A stretch of 57,661 nucleotides of DNA from Betaproteobacteria bacterium (GCA_004298325.1 SCUF01000187.1:1-57661), one strand, 5' to 3'; shown: positions 32,952 to 43,649, counted from the stretch's first letter. Program-made: numbers and translations. Notes: a model not told the origin generated them from the letters alone.

Positions 32952-35502
32952 GCCCCAGCTCGAACGGGTGCGTCAGACGGGCGTGCGCCGGGTAGGCGCG
33001 GATGCGGTACTCGAGCTGGCCGCAGATCTCCGGGCGCAGTTCGCAGCCGAAGCGGTATTCGCCGGCAGCGGACTCGGCGCCCTCGCAGCCGAGCCGGTGG
33101 CTCTGCGGTGGTGCGTCCGGCGCGCCTCGCATGACCACCTCGATCACGAGGTCCGAGGGCGCGATCCCGTTCAGCCGCGCCGCGATCTCCACGCGCATCG
33201 CGGCGCCGAACGACAGGCGCTTGGGCGGCGCGTCGAGGCGGCGCAGCGACACGCCGTGCCACGCCGCGCGCACGCGCGCCTTCCACTGCGCGATTTCGCG
33301 CGCCACGGCGTATCCGTTGTCGGCATAGACGCGTCCCTGGCGCGCCGCCGGCGCATAGAAGCGCTCGACGTACTCGCGCAGCATCCGGTTGCTGTTGAAC
33401 TTCGGCAGCAGCGAGGCGATAGAGCGCTTGGCGAGCGCGACCCACCCCGGCGAGTAGCCGTGCCGGCCGCGCGCGTCGTAATACAGCGGGATGACGTGGT
33501 CCTGCAGCAGTTCGTACAGGGTGCGAGCCTCCTCGCGGTCGCGCCGGTACTGCTCGAGCGCCGCGGAGGCCGGCTTGATCGCCCAGCCGTTGTCGCCGGT
33601 GCTGCCCTCGGCCCACCAGCCGTCGAGCACCGACAGGTTGATGGTGCCGTTGATGCCCGCCTTCATGCCCGAGGTGCCCGAGGCTTCCAGGGGGTAGATC
33701 GGGTTGTTGAGCCAGACGTCCACGCCTGCGACCAGACGCCGCCCGAGGTGCAGGTCGTAGCCTTCGACCAGCAGGATGCGGCCTTCGAATTCGGGCATCC
33801 GCGCGCATTGCGCGATCTGGCGCATCAGGTCCTGCGCCGCGGTGTCGTCGGGGTGCGCCTTGCCCGCGAACAGGAACAGCACGGGGCGGTGCGGGTCGCC
33901 GAGAATGCGCTTGAGACGGTCCGGGTCTTCGAACAGCAGCATTGCCCGCTTGTAGGCCGCAAAGCGCCGCCCGAATCCGATCGTCAGCACGTCCGGATGC
34001 TCGGGATCGGCGAGCCGCACCAGCCGGTCGTAGTGCGACTCGCTTTCCTGGTTGCGCGCGAACTGCAGCCGCAGGCGGTGGCGCAGCAGATACAGCAGGT
34101 TGACCTTGAGCTGGCGCCGCACGTTGACGAACAGCTCGTCGGGCAGTTCGGCGATGCGCAGCCAGAAGGCGGGCTCGGTGACGCGCTCGCTCCACTGCGG
34201 CCCGTAGGTCTGCTCGAGGGCGCGCGCCAGCGCGGGCGCGAGGAACGTCGGCACGTGCACCGCGTTGGTGATGTAGCCGACGGGATTTTCCTCGGGCGGC
34301 ACCTCCGGCCAATGCGCGGCGAGGATGCGCGCAGAGACGCCGCCGTGGATTCGCGAGACGCCGTTCTGGAAGCGCGAACCGCGCACGGCGAGCGCGGTCA
34401 TGTTGAAGCGCGGGCCGTGCGGATCGCGGCCGAGGGCGGCGAACTGTTCGGGCGTGATGCCGGCGCCGGCGCAGAAGTCCGCGAAATAGCGCTGCACCAT
34501 TTCGTCCTCGAACGCGTCGTGCCCCGCAGGCACCGGCGTGTGCGTCGTGAACACGGTGTTCGCGGCGCAGGCCTCGAGCGCGGCGTCGAACTCGAGTCCG
34601 TGCTGCAGCAGCACGCGCAGGCGCTCGACCAGAAGGAACGCGGCATGCCCTTCGTTGACGTGCCAGGCGGCCGGCTGCAGCCCGAGCGCCGCGAGCGTGC
34701 GCACGCCGCCGATGCCGAGCACCATCTCCTGCTCGATGCGCGTGCCGCGGTCGCCGCCGTAGAGCCGGCGCGTGATGCGCCGGTCGCGCTCCTCGTTTTC
34801 CGGCACGTCGGTGTCGAGCAGCAGGAGCGCTATGCGCCCGGCGCGCGCGCGCCAGACCCGCAGCGCGAGGCGCCGCCCGGGGAGCTCGAGGTGCACGCGC
34901 AGCTCGCCGCCGGCGCCCTCGACCGGCTCGATCGGCAGGTCGTCGAAGTCGCTCTCGCGGTACTCCGCGCGCTGGCCGCCATCGCTGTCGATCGCCTGCT
35001 GGAAGTAGCCCTGGCGGTAGAGCAGGCCCACGGCGACGAACGGCAGGTGCAGGTCGCTCGCGGTCTTGCAGTGATCCGCGGCGAGGATCCCGAGGCCGCC
35101 GGAGTACAGCGGCAGGCTTTCGTGGAAGCCGTACTCGGCGCAGAAATAGGCCACGAGGTCGGACGTGCCGAGCGCCGCATCCTGCGGCGGCGGCGCGGCG
35201 CGGTAGGCGTCGTACGCCCGCAGCACATGCTGCAGCGCATGCTGGTAGTCCGGATCGGTCACGGCCGCGGCGAGGGCGTCGGCGTCAACGCGCCTGAGCA
35301 GCGCGCGCGGGCTGCGGCCGACCGAGTCCCAGAGTCCCGGGTTGAGCCGCGCGAACAGCGCGCGCGCCGGCCCGTGCCAGCTGTACCAGAGGTCGCTGGC
35401 GAGTTCCTCGAGGCGCGCGAGCGCCGGCGGAATCTTCGGGCTGACCTGCAGCGGGAACGCGGTTCCCGGCGGCTCGGCGCCGGGAACCTCGAGCGGACTC
35501 AT
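32935..35502 (-). CDS. glgP: Alpha-glucan (glycogen/maltodextrin) phosphorylase
   Basis: YSGGLGILAAD, NEGHAAF, FAGKAHP and the PLP motif EASGTSGMKA. Confidence 0.94.
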   Translation of the reverse strand: MSPLEVPGAEPPGTAFPLQVSPKIPPALARLEELASDLWYSWHGPARALFARLNPGLWDSVGRSPRALLRRVDADALAAAVTDPDYQHALQHVLRAYDAYRAAPPPQDAALGTSDLVAYFCAEYGFHESLPLYSGGLGILAADHCKTASDLHLPFVAVGLLYRQGYFQQAIDSDGGQRAEYRESDFDDLPIEPVEGAGGELRVHLELPGRRLALRVWRARAGRIALLLLDTDVPENEERDRRITRRLYGGDRGTRIEQEMVLGIGGVRTLAALGLQPAAWHVNEGHAAFLLVERLRVLLQHGLEFDAALEACAANTVFTTHTPVPAGHDAFEDEMVQRYFADFCAGAGITPEQFAALGRDPHGPRFNMTALAVRGSRFQNGVSRIHGGVSARILAAHWPEVPPEENPVGYITNAVHVPTFLAPALARALEQTYGPQWSERVTEPAFWLRIAELPDELFVNVRRQLKVNLLYLLRHRLRLQFARNQESESHYDRLVRLADPEHPDVLTIGFGRRFAAYKRAMLLFEDPDRLKRILGDPHRPVLFLFAGKAHPDDTAAQDLMRQIAQCARMPEFEGRILLVEGYDLHLGRRLVAGVDVWLNNPIYPLEASGTSGMKAGINGTINLSVLDGWWAEGSTGDNGWAIKPASAALEQYRRDREEARTLYELLQDHVIPLYYDARGRHGYSPGWVALAKRSIASLLPKFNSNRMLREYVERFYAPAARQGRVYADNGYAVAREIAQWKARVRAAWHGVSLRRLDAPPKRLSFGAAMRVEIAARLNGIAPSDLVIEVVMRGAPDAPPQSHRLGCEGAESAAGEYRFGCELRPEICGQLEYRIRAYPAHARLTHPFELGLMRWL

Positions 35503-35534
35503 GCGGCGGTTGCGGCGGATCTCACGCGGCGCGC

Positions 35535-37793
35535 TCAGGCGCGCCGCAGATCGACGATCTGCGCGGGGCGCCGCGCGCCCGCGGCGAGGCGGCGGCGCTG
35601 GCGCACGCGCGCGGCATCCAGCAGCATGCGCCCGGCCCAGCGGTAGACGTTGAATTCCTGCACCAGCCTGCGCATGCTGCGCATGCGGCTGCGCTGCTCG
35701 TCGGGCGGCATGGTGAGCGCCTGCGACAGCGCGGCGGCGCATTCCTCGGTGTCGTAGGGATTGACGATCAGCGCCTCGGGCAGCTCGCGCGCGGCGCCGG
35801 TGAACTGCGACAGGATCAGCGCGCCGCGCTCGTCGTCGCGCGCGGCGACGTATTCCTTGGCCACCAGGTTCATGCCGTCGTGCAGGCTCGAGACGAAGCA
35901 CAGATCGGCGGCGCGGTAATAGGCGTACACCTGCGCCGCGTCGTGATGCTCGATCTTGAGCACGATCGGCTGGCAGGTCGGCGTACCGAAGCGCGCGTTG
36001 ATGCGCTGCGCGGCGGCGCGCACGCGCGCATCCAGGCTCTGGTACTCCTCGATGCTCGAGCGCGACGGCGCAGCGATCTGCACGAAGGCGACGCGGCCGA
36101 TCCAGTGCGGCTCCAGCTCGAGCAGGCGCTCAATGGCGGCGAAACGCTCCAGGATGCCCTTGGTGTAATCGAGCCGGTCGACGCCGATGCCGATGCGCGC
36201 ATCGGCCGCGAGCCCGAGCTCGAGGCGGACGCGCTCGCGGCATTCGGCGACCGGCTTCTGCTGCGCCAGCGGCGCCGGCGGCCACTCGATCGAGATCGGA
36301 TAGCGGTGCACCTCGGTCGGCTCGCCGCCGTAGGAGATGGTGAAGGTCTCGCGGTCGACGCGCGCTTCGAGGAAGCGGTCCACCGTGTCGAAGAAGTTGT
36401 TGCAGTGGAACTGGGTGTGGAATCCCAGGATCGAGGAGCCGAGCAGTCCCTCCAGGATCTCCCGGCGCCACGGGCAGACGCCGAAGGCCTCGGGATTCGG
36501 CCAGGGAATGTGCCAGAAGGTGATGATGGTGGCGCGCGGCAGGCGTTCGCGGATCATGCGCGGCAGCAGGGCGAGGTGGTAATCCTGCACCAGCACGATC
36601 GGGTCGGAAGTGCGCGATTCGCTTTCCACCGCGCGCGCGAAACGCCGGTTGACCTCGCGGTAATGCTCCCAGTCGGGAGCGCGGAACACCGGCCGGGTGT
36701 GAGCCATGTGGCACAGCGGCCACAGCCCCTCGTTGGCGAAGCCGTAGTAGTAGCCGGCCTCTTCCTCCTTGCTCAGCCAGACGCGGCGGATGCGGTAGGC
36801 GGGCTTTTCCGGCGGCACCATGATGTGATCGTTGTCGTCGACCGTGTCGCGGTCGGCGTTGCCCGAGCCGTGCGCGATCCAGGTGCCGGAGCAGGCGCGC
36901 ATCACCGGCTCGAGCGCGGTCACCAGGCCGCTCGCCGGGCGCCGCACCTCGACCTGGCCGTCGCGCCGCACGTGGATGTAGGGCTCGCGGTTGGAGACGA
37001 TCAGGATCTCGTCGCCCTTCAGGTCCTCGCGCAGGATGCCGCGCAGCGCCTCCGGCGTCCAGCTGATCTGCGCCTCGTCGCGCATGCGCCGCTCCGCATC
37101 CAGATCGTGCACCAGCGCCTCGAGGTCGCGCGCGATCGGGCGCAGCTCGCGCGCCTTTGGCTGCGGCGTCAGCGAGAGCGACTGGCCGCGGATCAGCGCC
37201 TTGATGCCCGCCATCCAGCCGCGGAAGGAGATTTCGGCGATCACCACGGTGATCAGCGCGACCACCGCGCCGAGCGCCGCGAACAGGTACACGATGTACT
37301 CCTTGGTGTCGGCGCTGCGCCGCTCGATGAAGCTCATGTCGTGCACCACCAGCACCTCGCCGAGGCGCTGGTCTTCCAGCGTCACCGGTCTCGCGACCAC
37401 GTGCAGCGGGCCGCCCGGCAGTTTGAGCACGTGGCCGCTTTCTTCGAGTTCCGCGTTCGCCTTGCGGCAGGCGATTTCGGCCGGCAGCGTCGGCGTCTTG
37501 TACAGGAGCCTGCCCGTGGTGTCGCAGAAGCCGAGCGCGTAGAGGCGTTCGTCCTGCAGCAGGCGGGCGAAAAACGCCTGCACGCGCCGCACGCGTACGA
37601 TGTCGCGCTCCTTGGCGGTGAGCAGCTCGACCAGCGGTTCCTCCGCGGCCGCGGTCACCAGCTTGGCCCGCATGTCGAGGTCGCGCACGAACCACTTCAG
37701 CGTCAGGTCGTCGACCAGCGGCGCGACGCCGTAGGCGATGGCGCCGAGCGCGATCGCAAGCGGTATGATGAAGCGAAGCGAAAGGCGCATCAT
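35535..37793 (-). CDS. otsA: Trehalose-6-phosphate synthase (GT20) with N-terminal TM-extracytoplasmic-TM sensor-like module
   Basis: C-terminal GT20 motifs [39 protein letters not shown] and [10 protein letters not shown]. About 245 N-terminal residues carry two hydrophobic helices. Confidence 0.9.
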   Translation of the reverse strand: MMRLSLRFIIPLAIALGAIAYGVAPLVDDLTLKWFVRDLDMRAKLVTAAAEEPLVELLTAKERDIVRVRRVQAFFARLLQDERLYALGFCDTTGRLLYKTPTLPAEIACRKANAELEESGHVLKLPGGPLHVVARPVTLEDQRLGEVLVVHDMSFIERRSADTKEYIVYLFAALGAVVALITVVIAEISFRGWMAGIKALIRGQSLSLTPQPKARELRPIARDLEALVHDLDAERRMRDEAQISWTPEALRGILREDLKGDEILIVSNREPYIHVRRDGQVEVRRPASGLVTALEPVMRACSGTWIAHGSGNADRDTVDDNDHIMVPPEKPAYRIRRVWLSKEEEAGYYYGFANEGLWPLCHMAHTRPVFRAPDWEHYREVNRRFARAVESESRTSDPIVLVQDYHLALLPRMIRERLPRATIITFWHIPWPNPEAFGVCPWRREILEGLLGSSILGFHTQFHCNNFFDTVDRFLEARVDRETFTISYGGEPTEVHRYPISIEWPPAPLAQQKPVAECRERVRLELGLAADARIGIGVDRLDYTKGILERFAAIERLLELEPHWIGRVAFVQIAAPSRSSIEEYQSLDARVRAAAQRINARFGTPTCQPIVLKIEHHDAAQVYAYYRAADLCFVSSLHDGMNLVAKEYVAARDDERGALILSQFTGAARELPEALIVNPYDTEECAAALSQALTMPPDEQRSRMRSMRRLVQEFNVYRWAGRMLLDAARVRQRRRLAAGARRPAQIVDLRRA

Positions 37794-37845
37794 GGCTGAC
37801 TCCGCGCCGCGGCAGGAAAGCCCCGATTCTACTAGCTCCTGATTG

Positions 37846-38793
37846 ATGGACCCGCTTGCGATCGTCGCCAACAGCCTCGGCGGCCTGGCCGCGCTCTATT
37901 TCGGCGCGCGCTGGCTGGTGGGGGCGGCGAGCGATGTCGCGCGGCGGCTCGGCGTCTCGCCGCTGCTGATCGGACTCACGGTGGTTGCGGTCGGTACCAG
38001 CCTGCCGGAACTTTTCGTCGGCGTCGCGGCCTCGATCGGCGGCCACGCGGGCGTGTCGCTCGGCAACGTGATCGGCGCCAACGCGCTCAACATCGGCCTC
38101 ATTCTCGGCGTCGCGGCGCTCATCCGGCCGATCGTCGTCAGCCTGCGCGTGCTGCAATGGGATCTCCCGGTCATGTTCGCGGCGACCGCGCTGCTGGCGT
38201 GGTTCTCGGCGGACGGCGAAGTGACCCGCGGCGAGGCCGTGATACTGCTCGCCGCGATGCTGGCCTATCTCGGCCTGAACATCGCGGCGGGACGCCGGGA
38301 GCGCAAGGCCTCGGCGCTTGCGGGTGCGCTCGAGGTGCCGCACGCCGCGAGCCTCGCCGGCGATCTTGCGCGCGGGGCCGTCGGCGCGGCGGCCCTCGCC
38401 ATCGGCGCGCGCCTGCTGATCGACGGCGCGCTGGGCCTCGCGGCGGCGCTCGGGCTCGCCGAAGGCCTCGTCGGCATGACGCTGGTCGCCGTAGGCACGA
38501 CGCTGCCCGAACTGGTCACGACGCTGGTGGCGGCCGCCCGGCGGCAGGGGGATCTCGCGTTCGGCAACATCGTCGGCTCGAACATCAACAATGCGCTCAC
38601 CGTGGTCGGCGCAGCCGCCGCCGTGGCGCCGCTCGCCGCGGGCGACGTGGCCCGCGCGCCGATGTACGCGCTGCTGGCCCTCACGCTGCTCGCCGCGCCG
38701 GTGATGTGGCGCGGATTCGTCATCAACCGCTGGGAGGGCGGCTTGCTGGTGTGCGGCTATGCCGCATTTCTCTGGGTCGGTCTCGGTGGCTAG
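37846..38793 (+). CDS. Calcium/sodium antiporter (CaCA, YrbG-like)
   Basis: Two alpha repeats: GTSLPEL...GNVIGAN and GTTLPEL...GNIVGSN. Confidence 0.92.
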   Translation: MDPLAIVANSLGGLAALYFGARWLVGAASDVARRLGVSPLLIGLTVVAVGTSLPELFVGVAASIGGHAGVSLGNVIGANALNIGLILGVAALIRPIVVSLRVLQWDLPVMFAATALLAWFSADGEVTRGEAVILLAAMLAYLGLNIAAGRRERKASALAGALEVPHAASLAGDLARGAVGAAALAIGARLLIDGALGLAAALGLAEGLVGMTLVAVGTTLPELVTTLVAAARRQGDLAFGNIVGSNINNALTVVGAAAAVAPLAAGDVARAPMYALLALTLLAAPVMWRGFVINRWEGGLLVCGYAAFLWVGLGG

Positions 38794-38862
38794 GGTCGCC
38801 CGCCGGCCGCGGTGCATCGATCGGGCGGGCCTGCGGATCGGTAACCGCTTCGCCGATCGCGC

Positions 38863-38891
38863 GCAACTTTTTGCCAGGTCCTGCGGTCACA
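38863..38891 (+). promoter_or_regulatory. Possible ECF sigma promoter of the terD-like gene
   Basis: GCAACTT-N17-TCACA, followed by an 8-bp hairpin (38907-38928) and SD GGAGG. Confidence 0.35.
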
Positions 38892-38948
38892 GACCCAGTT
38901 GGTTTGCGAACCGGAAACGACCGGTTCGATTGCGGGGGAGGAAAGCTC

Positions 38949-39524
38949 ATGCGAATCAATGATTGCGCCGACCCGGAGGGCGGCGTGCAGGCCGGCGCGG
39001 ATGCCGAATTGAAGGACATCGTGATGGGGCTGCACTGGGACCCGCCGCAAGGCGACGCCGGCGCCGATGCCGCGGACCTGGATGCGTGGTGCGTACTGTT
39101 CGATGCGCAGGGCAGCGTGCTCGAAGTGATCCATCCGGGACGGCTGCGCGGCGCCGATGGCAGCGTCATCCACACGGGTGACTCGCGCAACGGCGCGAGT
39201 CACTGGGATGACGAGAGGATCTTCGTTTTCCTGGGCGCGCTGCCGGAGGCGGTGTCGAGACTCGCTTTTTTCGTGGCCAGCGCGACCGGCCGCGCGTTTC
39301 ACGAGATCCGCGGCGCGTACTGCCACGTCAGCGATCGCACCAGCGAGCGCGAGCGGCTGCGGCTCGAGCTCACCACGCTGGCCGGGTGCACGGTCCATGG
39401 GGTGGCTACCGTGCAACGCGTTGCAGCGGGCTGGAACATGTCCGCAGACGCGCATGCCGTGCCCGCCGACTTGCGCGCGCTGCTGGAGGGCGCGAAGCGC
39501 AGCGGCGCAGCGAGCGGGGTCTAG
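38949..39524 (+). CDS. TerD/TerZ family stress protein
   Basis: MGLHWD, DLDA, DGSVIHTGDSRNG and DDERI.V.L..LP motifs. Confidence 0.85.
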   Translation: MRINDCADPEGGVQAGADAELKDIVMGLHWDPPQGDAGADAADLDAWCVLFDAQGSVLEVIHPGRLRGADGSVIHTGDSRNGASHWDDERIFVFLGALPEAVSRLAFFVASATGRAFHEIRGAYCHVSDRTSERERLRLELTTLAGCTVHGVATVQRVAAGWNMSADAHAVPADLRALLEGAKRSGAASGV

Positions 39525-39555
39525 ACCTGCAGCGCTGATCCACGGGACGGGCGCG

Positions 39556-40323
39556 TCAGTGACGCGCGCGAATCGGCCGCACCGGTCCGCGGTAACGCTC
39601 GCGGCCCGGCTTGCCGTCGAGCGCCGGCAACTCGAGCGGCGCTTCCTTCAGCCTGCGGTAGGGCACCTGCTCGAGCAGGTGCGCGATGAGCTCGAGCCGG
39701 CCGCGGCGCTGATCGTTGAACTCCACCACGTGCCAGGGCGCATGCCTGCGGTGCGTCGCCTCGAACATGGCATCGCGCGCGCGGCCGTACTCGGCGTAGC
39801 GCTGGCGCGCCTCGAGATCGATCGGCGAGATTTTCCAGCGCTTGAGGGGATTGCCGGCGCGCTCGGCGAAGCGTTCCTCCTGGACGCGCTGGTCCACGGC
39901 CAGCCAGTACTTGCAGAGCAGGATGCCGTCTTGCGTCAACAGCTTCTCGAACAGCGGTGCCTGCCTCAGGAAGCGGCGGTATTCGGCTGCGCTGCAATAG
40001 CCCATGACCCGCTCGACGCCCGCGCGGTTGTACCAGCTGCGATCGAACAGCACCATTTCGCCCGCCGCGGGCAGGTGCGCGACGTAGCGCTGGAAATACC
40101 ACTGCGTGCGCTCGAGCTCGGTCGGTTTCGCCAGCGCCACGATGCGCACCTGGCGCGGGTTGAGCGTCGCCGCAATCGCGCTGATGCTGCCGCCCTTGCC
40201 GGCGGTGTCGCGGCCCTCGAACAGCACCAGCATCCGGCGGCCCGTGTGGCGCAGCCAGTGCGCGAGGTTGTTGAGCTCGAGCTGCAGCGGCTCGAGTTCC
40301 CTTTCATAGTCCTTTTTCTTCAT
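39556..40323 (-). CDS. ppk2: Polyphosphate kinase 2 (single domain)
   Basis: Walker A EGRDTAGKGG, WYFQRY, Walker B FDRSWYNR and lid motif LKRWKISPID. Confidence 0.94.
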   Translation of the reverse strand: MKKKDYERELEPLQLELNNLAHWLRHTGRRMLVLFEGRDTAGKGGSISAIAATLNPRQVRIVALAKPTELERTQWYFQRYVAHLPAAGEMVLFDRSWYNRAGVERVMGYCSAAEYRRFLRQAPLFEKLLTQDGILLCKYWLAVDQRVQEERFAERAGNPLKRWKISPIDLEARQRYAEYGRARDAMFEATHRRHAPWHVVEFNDQRRGRLELIAHLLEQVPYRRLKEAPLELPALDGKPGRERYRGPVRPIRARH

Positions 40324-40335
40324 GCAGCTTCGCCG

Positions 40336-41103
40336 TCAGTCGGCTTTCGCTGCGCCCCGCGTCAGGGCCTGATAAAGCTCCACCGGCAGCGGAAAGACGA
40401 TGGTGTTGCTCTTGTCGCCGGCGATGGCGTTGAGCGTCTGCAGGTAGCGCAGCTGCATCGCCTCGGGCTGGCGGGCGAGCATCTGCGCCGCGGCGAGCAG
40501 CTTTTCGGAGGCCTGCAGCTCGCCCTCGGCGTGGATCACCTTGGCGCGCCGCGCGCGCTCGGCTTCGGCCTGCTGCGCGATGGCGCGCACCATCGATTCG
40601 TTGAGGTCGACGTGCTTGATCTCGACGTTCGACACCTTGATGCCCCACGGATCGGTCTGCACGTCGAGCACCTTCTGGATGTCGAGGTTGAGCTTTTCGC
40701 GCTCGGCGAGCATCTCGTCGAGCTCGTGCTTGCCGAGCACCGCGCGCAGCGTGGTCTGCGCGAGCTGGCTGGTGGCATCGAGGTAATTCTCCACCTGGAT
40801 GATCGCGCGCTGCGGATCGACCACCCGGAAGTAGATCACCGCGTTGACCTTCACCGAGACGTTGTCGCGCGAGATCACGTCCTGCGTCGGCACGTCGAGC
40901 ACCACCGTGCGCAGGCCGACGCGCACCATCTGCTGCACGCCCGGCACCACCAGCACCAGGCCCGGGCCCTTGACCTTCCAGAAGCGTCCGAGCAGGAACA
41001 CCACGCCGCGCTCGTATTCGCGCAGGATGCGGAACGAAGCCACCACCAGCGCAATGAGGAGCAGCAGCACGCCGCCGATGCCGAAGTCGTAACCGAAGTC
41101 CAT
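40336..41103 (-). CDS. SPFH/band 7 (stomatin-like, slipin) protein
   Basis: [32 protein letters not shown] and [11 protein letters not shown] motifs. Confidence 0.93.
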   Translation of the reverse strand: MDFGYDFGIGGVLLLLIALVVASFRILREYERGVVFLLGRFWKVKGPGLVLVVPGVQQMVRVGLRTVVLDVPTQDVISRDNVSVKVNAVIYFRVVDPQRAIIQVENYLDATSQLAQTTLRAVLGKHELDEMLAEREKLNLDIQKVLDVQTDPWGIKVSNVEIKHVDLNESMVRAIAQQAEAERARRAKVIHAEGELQASEKLLAAAQMLARQPEAMQLRYLQTLNAIAGDKSNTIVFPLPVELYQALTRGAAKAD

Positions 41104-41104
41104 G

Positions 41105-42448
41105 TCAGCCTCCTGGTCTGCCGGGCGGCGCCGCGGCCACCACGAGCATCAAGCCGTCCCGTGCGCTCACCCGCACCCGTTCCCCCGGCGCGAAACGCCG
41201 GTCGCCATGCGCGCGCCAGAGTTCACCGTGCACCCGCACCATGAGGTCTCCGTCGGCGGCTTCGACGACCTCGCCAAGCGCTCCGATCATCGCCTCCGAG
41301 CCGGTGCTCACCGGGCGCCGCCGCGCGCGCAGCGCATAGGCACCGGTGCCGGCGAGCAGCAGCGCGCTGGCGATGGCCAGCGGCACGAGGAGCCCGATCG
41401 AGATCTGCATACCGGGGATGTCGGCGTCGATCAGCATCAGCGCACCGGCGACAAAGGCCGCGATGCCGCCGATGCCCAGCGCGCCGAAGCTCGGCAGGAA
41501 CGCCTCCGCCGCCATGAGCGCGACACCCACGAGCAGCAGCAGGGCGCCGACCGCGTTGAGCGGCAGCATGGCGAGCGCGTACAGCGCCAGCAGCAGGCAG
41601 ACGGCGCCGATCACCCCCGCGACGCCGAAACCGGGCGTGTAGAACTCGAACAGCAGCCCGTAGACGCCGAGCATCAGCAGGATGAGGGCGATGTTGGGGT
41701 CGGCCACCGCCGCCAGCAGCCGCTCCTTCCAGTTGCGCTCGATGACGAGCGTCGTGGCCCCGGCGAGGGCGAGCGTGGCTTCGCCTGCGGCCAGCTTGAC
41801 GCGCCGTCCGTCCAGCTGGCGCAGCAGATCCGACAGGTCTGCCGCGACCAGGTCGACGACGTTGTGCTTCGCGGCCTCGTCCGCGGAGAGACTTTCGGCC
41901 TCGCGCACGGCTTTCTCGGCCCATTCGGCGTTGCGGCCGCGCAGTTGCGCCAGGCTCCTCAGGTAGGCGGCGGCATCGTGCACGGCCTTTCTTTCCATGG
42001 CGCCGCCCGGGAGCGCGCGGCCCTTGCCGTCCTCCGGCTTTTCCTCCGCCCCGGGCTTCGCGGATTCGCCGCCGATGCCGATCGCGACCGGCGTGGCGGC
42101 GCCGAGATTGGTGCCGGGTGCCATCGCGGCCACGTGGCTGGCATAGAGAATGTAGGTGCCGGCGCTGGCGGCGCGGGCGCCCGAAGGCGCGACGTAGGTG
42201 GCGACCGGCACGGGCGAGGCGAGAATGCCCCGGATCATCTCTCGCATGGCGGTGTCCAGCCCGCCCGGCGTGTCGAGCCTGAGCACCAGCAGTGGCGACC
42301 CGGTGCGCTGTGCGACCTCGAGTGCGCGCAGGAAATACGCGGCGCTGGCGGGGCTGATGGCGCCGCGGATCTCCGCCACCACCACGGCCCTGGCGAAGGT
42401 CGTGCAAGGCAGAAGCAGCAGCGCGGCTAGGAACAGGGCGCGTTTCAT
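41105..42448 (-). CDS. nfeD: NfeD family membrane-bound serine protease (long form)
   Basis: Signal peptide; LDTPGG and AASAGTYI (ClpP-like) motifs; TM bundle; C-terminal OB fold VHGELWRA. Confidence 0.92.
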   Translation of the reverse strand: MKRALFLAALLLLPCTTFARAVVVAEIRGAISPASAAYFLRALEVAQRTGSPLLVLRLDTPGGLDTAMREMIRGILASPVPVATYVAPSGARAASAGTYILYASHVAAMAPGTNLGAATPVAIGIGGESAKPGAEEKPEDGKGRALPGGAMERKAVHDAAAYLRSLAQLRGRNAEWAEKAVREAESLSADEAAKHNVVDLVAADLSDLLRQLDGRRVKLAAGEATLALAGATTLVIERNWKERLLAAVADPNIALILLMLGVYGLLFEFYTPGFGVAGVIGAVCLLLALYALAMLPLNAVGALLLLVGVALMAAEAFLPSFGALGIGGIAAFVAGALMLIDADIPGMQISIGLLVPLAIASALLLAGTGAYALRARRRPVSTGSEAMIGALGEVVEAADGDLMVRVHGELWRAHGDRRFAPGERVRVSARDGLMLVVAAAPPGRPGG

Positions 42449-42568
42449 CGTCCCCTTTCCAGGCAATCGATGCGGACACCATAGCACAGGCACCGCCTGT
42501 TTCCCGACAAGTCGATCACGCTACAATCCGGCTGCCCTGCGCAAGTCAGTGTCCTTGGATGGGAACGC

Positions 42569-43045
42569 ATGTTCCGGATCGTCAGTCTCGTCGCCGCGCT
42601 CTCCGTGTTCTGGATCCTGATGTCCGGGTTCTTCACGCCGTTTCTGCTCGCCGCGGGGCTCGGCTCGGCGCTGTGCGTGGCCTGGCTCGCGCACCGCATG
42701 GACGTGATCGACCGCGAAGGTCATCCCTTCCATCTCACCTGGTCGGCGGTGAGCTACTGGCCGTGGTTGATCCGCGAGATCCTGAAATCGGCGCTCGATG
42801 TGGCGCGCATCGTTCTCGACCCCAGGCTGCCGGTGAGCCCCACGGTGGTGCGCTTCAGCCCGCGGCAGAAGACCACGGTCGGGTTGGTGACCCACGCCAA
42901 TTCCATCACCCTCACGCCCGGCACGCTCTCGATCGAGGTCGGCCATGATCATTTCACGGTACACGCGCTGACGCGCGAGGCTGCGGCCGCGGTCGCATCC
43001 AGCGAGATGGACCGGCGCGTCGAGCGCTTCGAGGGCAGCGCCTGA
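42569..43045 (+). CDS. mrpE: Mrp/Mnh antiporter subunit E
   Basis: ANSITLTPGTL and VHAL motifs. Confidence 0.92.
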   Translation: MFRIVSLVAALSVFWILMSGFFTPFLLAAGLGSALCVAWLAHRMDVIDREGHPFHLTWSAVSYWPWLIREILKSALDVARIVLDPRLPVSPTVVRFSPRQKTTVGLVTHANSITLTPGTLSIEVGHDHFTVHALTREAAAAVASSEMDRRVERFEGSA

Positions 43046-43326
43046 TGTTCGCGCTCGCTGCGATCGCGCTGCTCGTGGCGCTCGGCCTCGCGCTGGCGCG
43101 CGCGATCGGCGGGCCGACGGTGTTCGATCGCGCGCTGGCGGCCAACTCGATCGGCACGCTCGCCCTGCTGATGCTCGCGGTGTTCGGTTTTCTCACGGCG
43201 CGGCCCGAATTCCTCGATCTCGCGATCCTCTACGGCCTGCTCAACGTCATCGGCACCATCGCCGTGCTGAAGTTCTTCCGCTACGGCGACCTCGGCAATC
43301 CGGGCGAGGAAGAGGCGGGCCGATGA
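43045..43326 (+). CDS. mrpF: Mrp/Mnh antiporter subunit F
   Basis: GPTVFDRALA motif; three TM helices. Confidence 0.92.
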   Translation: MFALAAIALLVALGLALARAIGGPTVFDRALAANSIGTLALLMLAVFGFLTARPEFLDLAILYGLLNVIGTIAVLKFFRYGDLGNPGEEEAGR

Positions 43327-43649
43327 GCCTGGCGCTCGAGGTCCTTTCCTGGGCGCTGATCGTCGCCGGCGGTGCGTTCTGCGTCATCGGCGGCATCGGC
43401 CTGCTGCGCCTCAAGGGGTTCTACACGCGCACGCATGCGGCGAGCGTGATCGATTCCGCCGGCGCCGGCCTGCTGCTCGCCGGCCTGATGTTGCAGGCCG
43501 GCTGGACCCTGACCTGCGTCAAGCTGGCGGTGATCGGTGTGCTGATCTTCTTCGCCTCGCCGACCGCCACCCACGCGCTGGCCAACGCGGCGCTGGTGCG
43601 CGGGCTGCGGCCCGATGCCGATCCGGAGGGCGAGCCATCGAAGCGCTGA
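43323..43649 (+). CDS. mrpG: Mrp/Mnh antiporter subunit G
   Basis: GLLRL..FYTRTHAAS and SPTATHALA motifs. Confidence 0.92.
   Translation: MSLALEVLSWALIVAGGAFCVIGGIGLLRLKGFYTRTHAASVIDSAGAGLLLAGLMLQAGWTLTCVKLAVIGVLIFFASPTATHALANAALVRGLRPDADPEGEPSKR

Noticed and set aside
38863-38876. Sigma54-like TGGCA...TTGC on the minus strand
   Set aside because: GG-to-GC spacing is 9 nt rather than the required 10, and it points antisense into the CaCA gene.
42449-42568. Possible Na+/Li+ or other riboswitch upstream of mrpE
   Set aside because: The leader after the TACAAT -10 (42522-42527) is only about 35 nt and I cannot match a consensus by eye; an Rfam cmscan would be needed.
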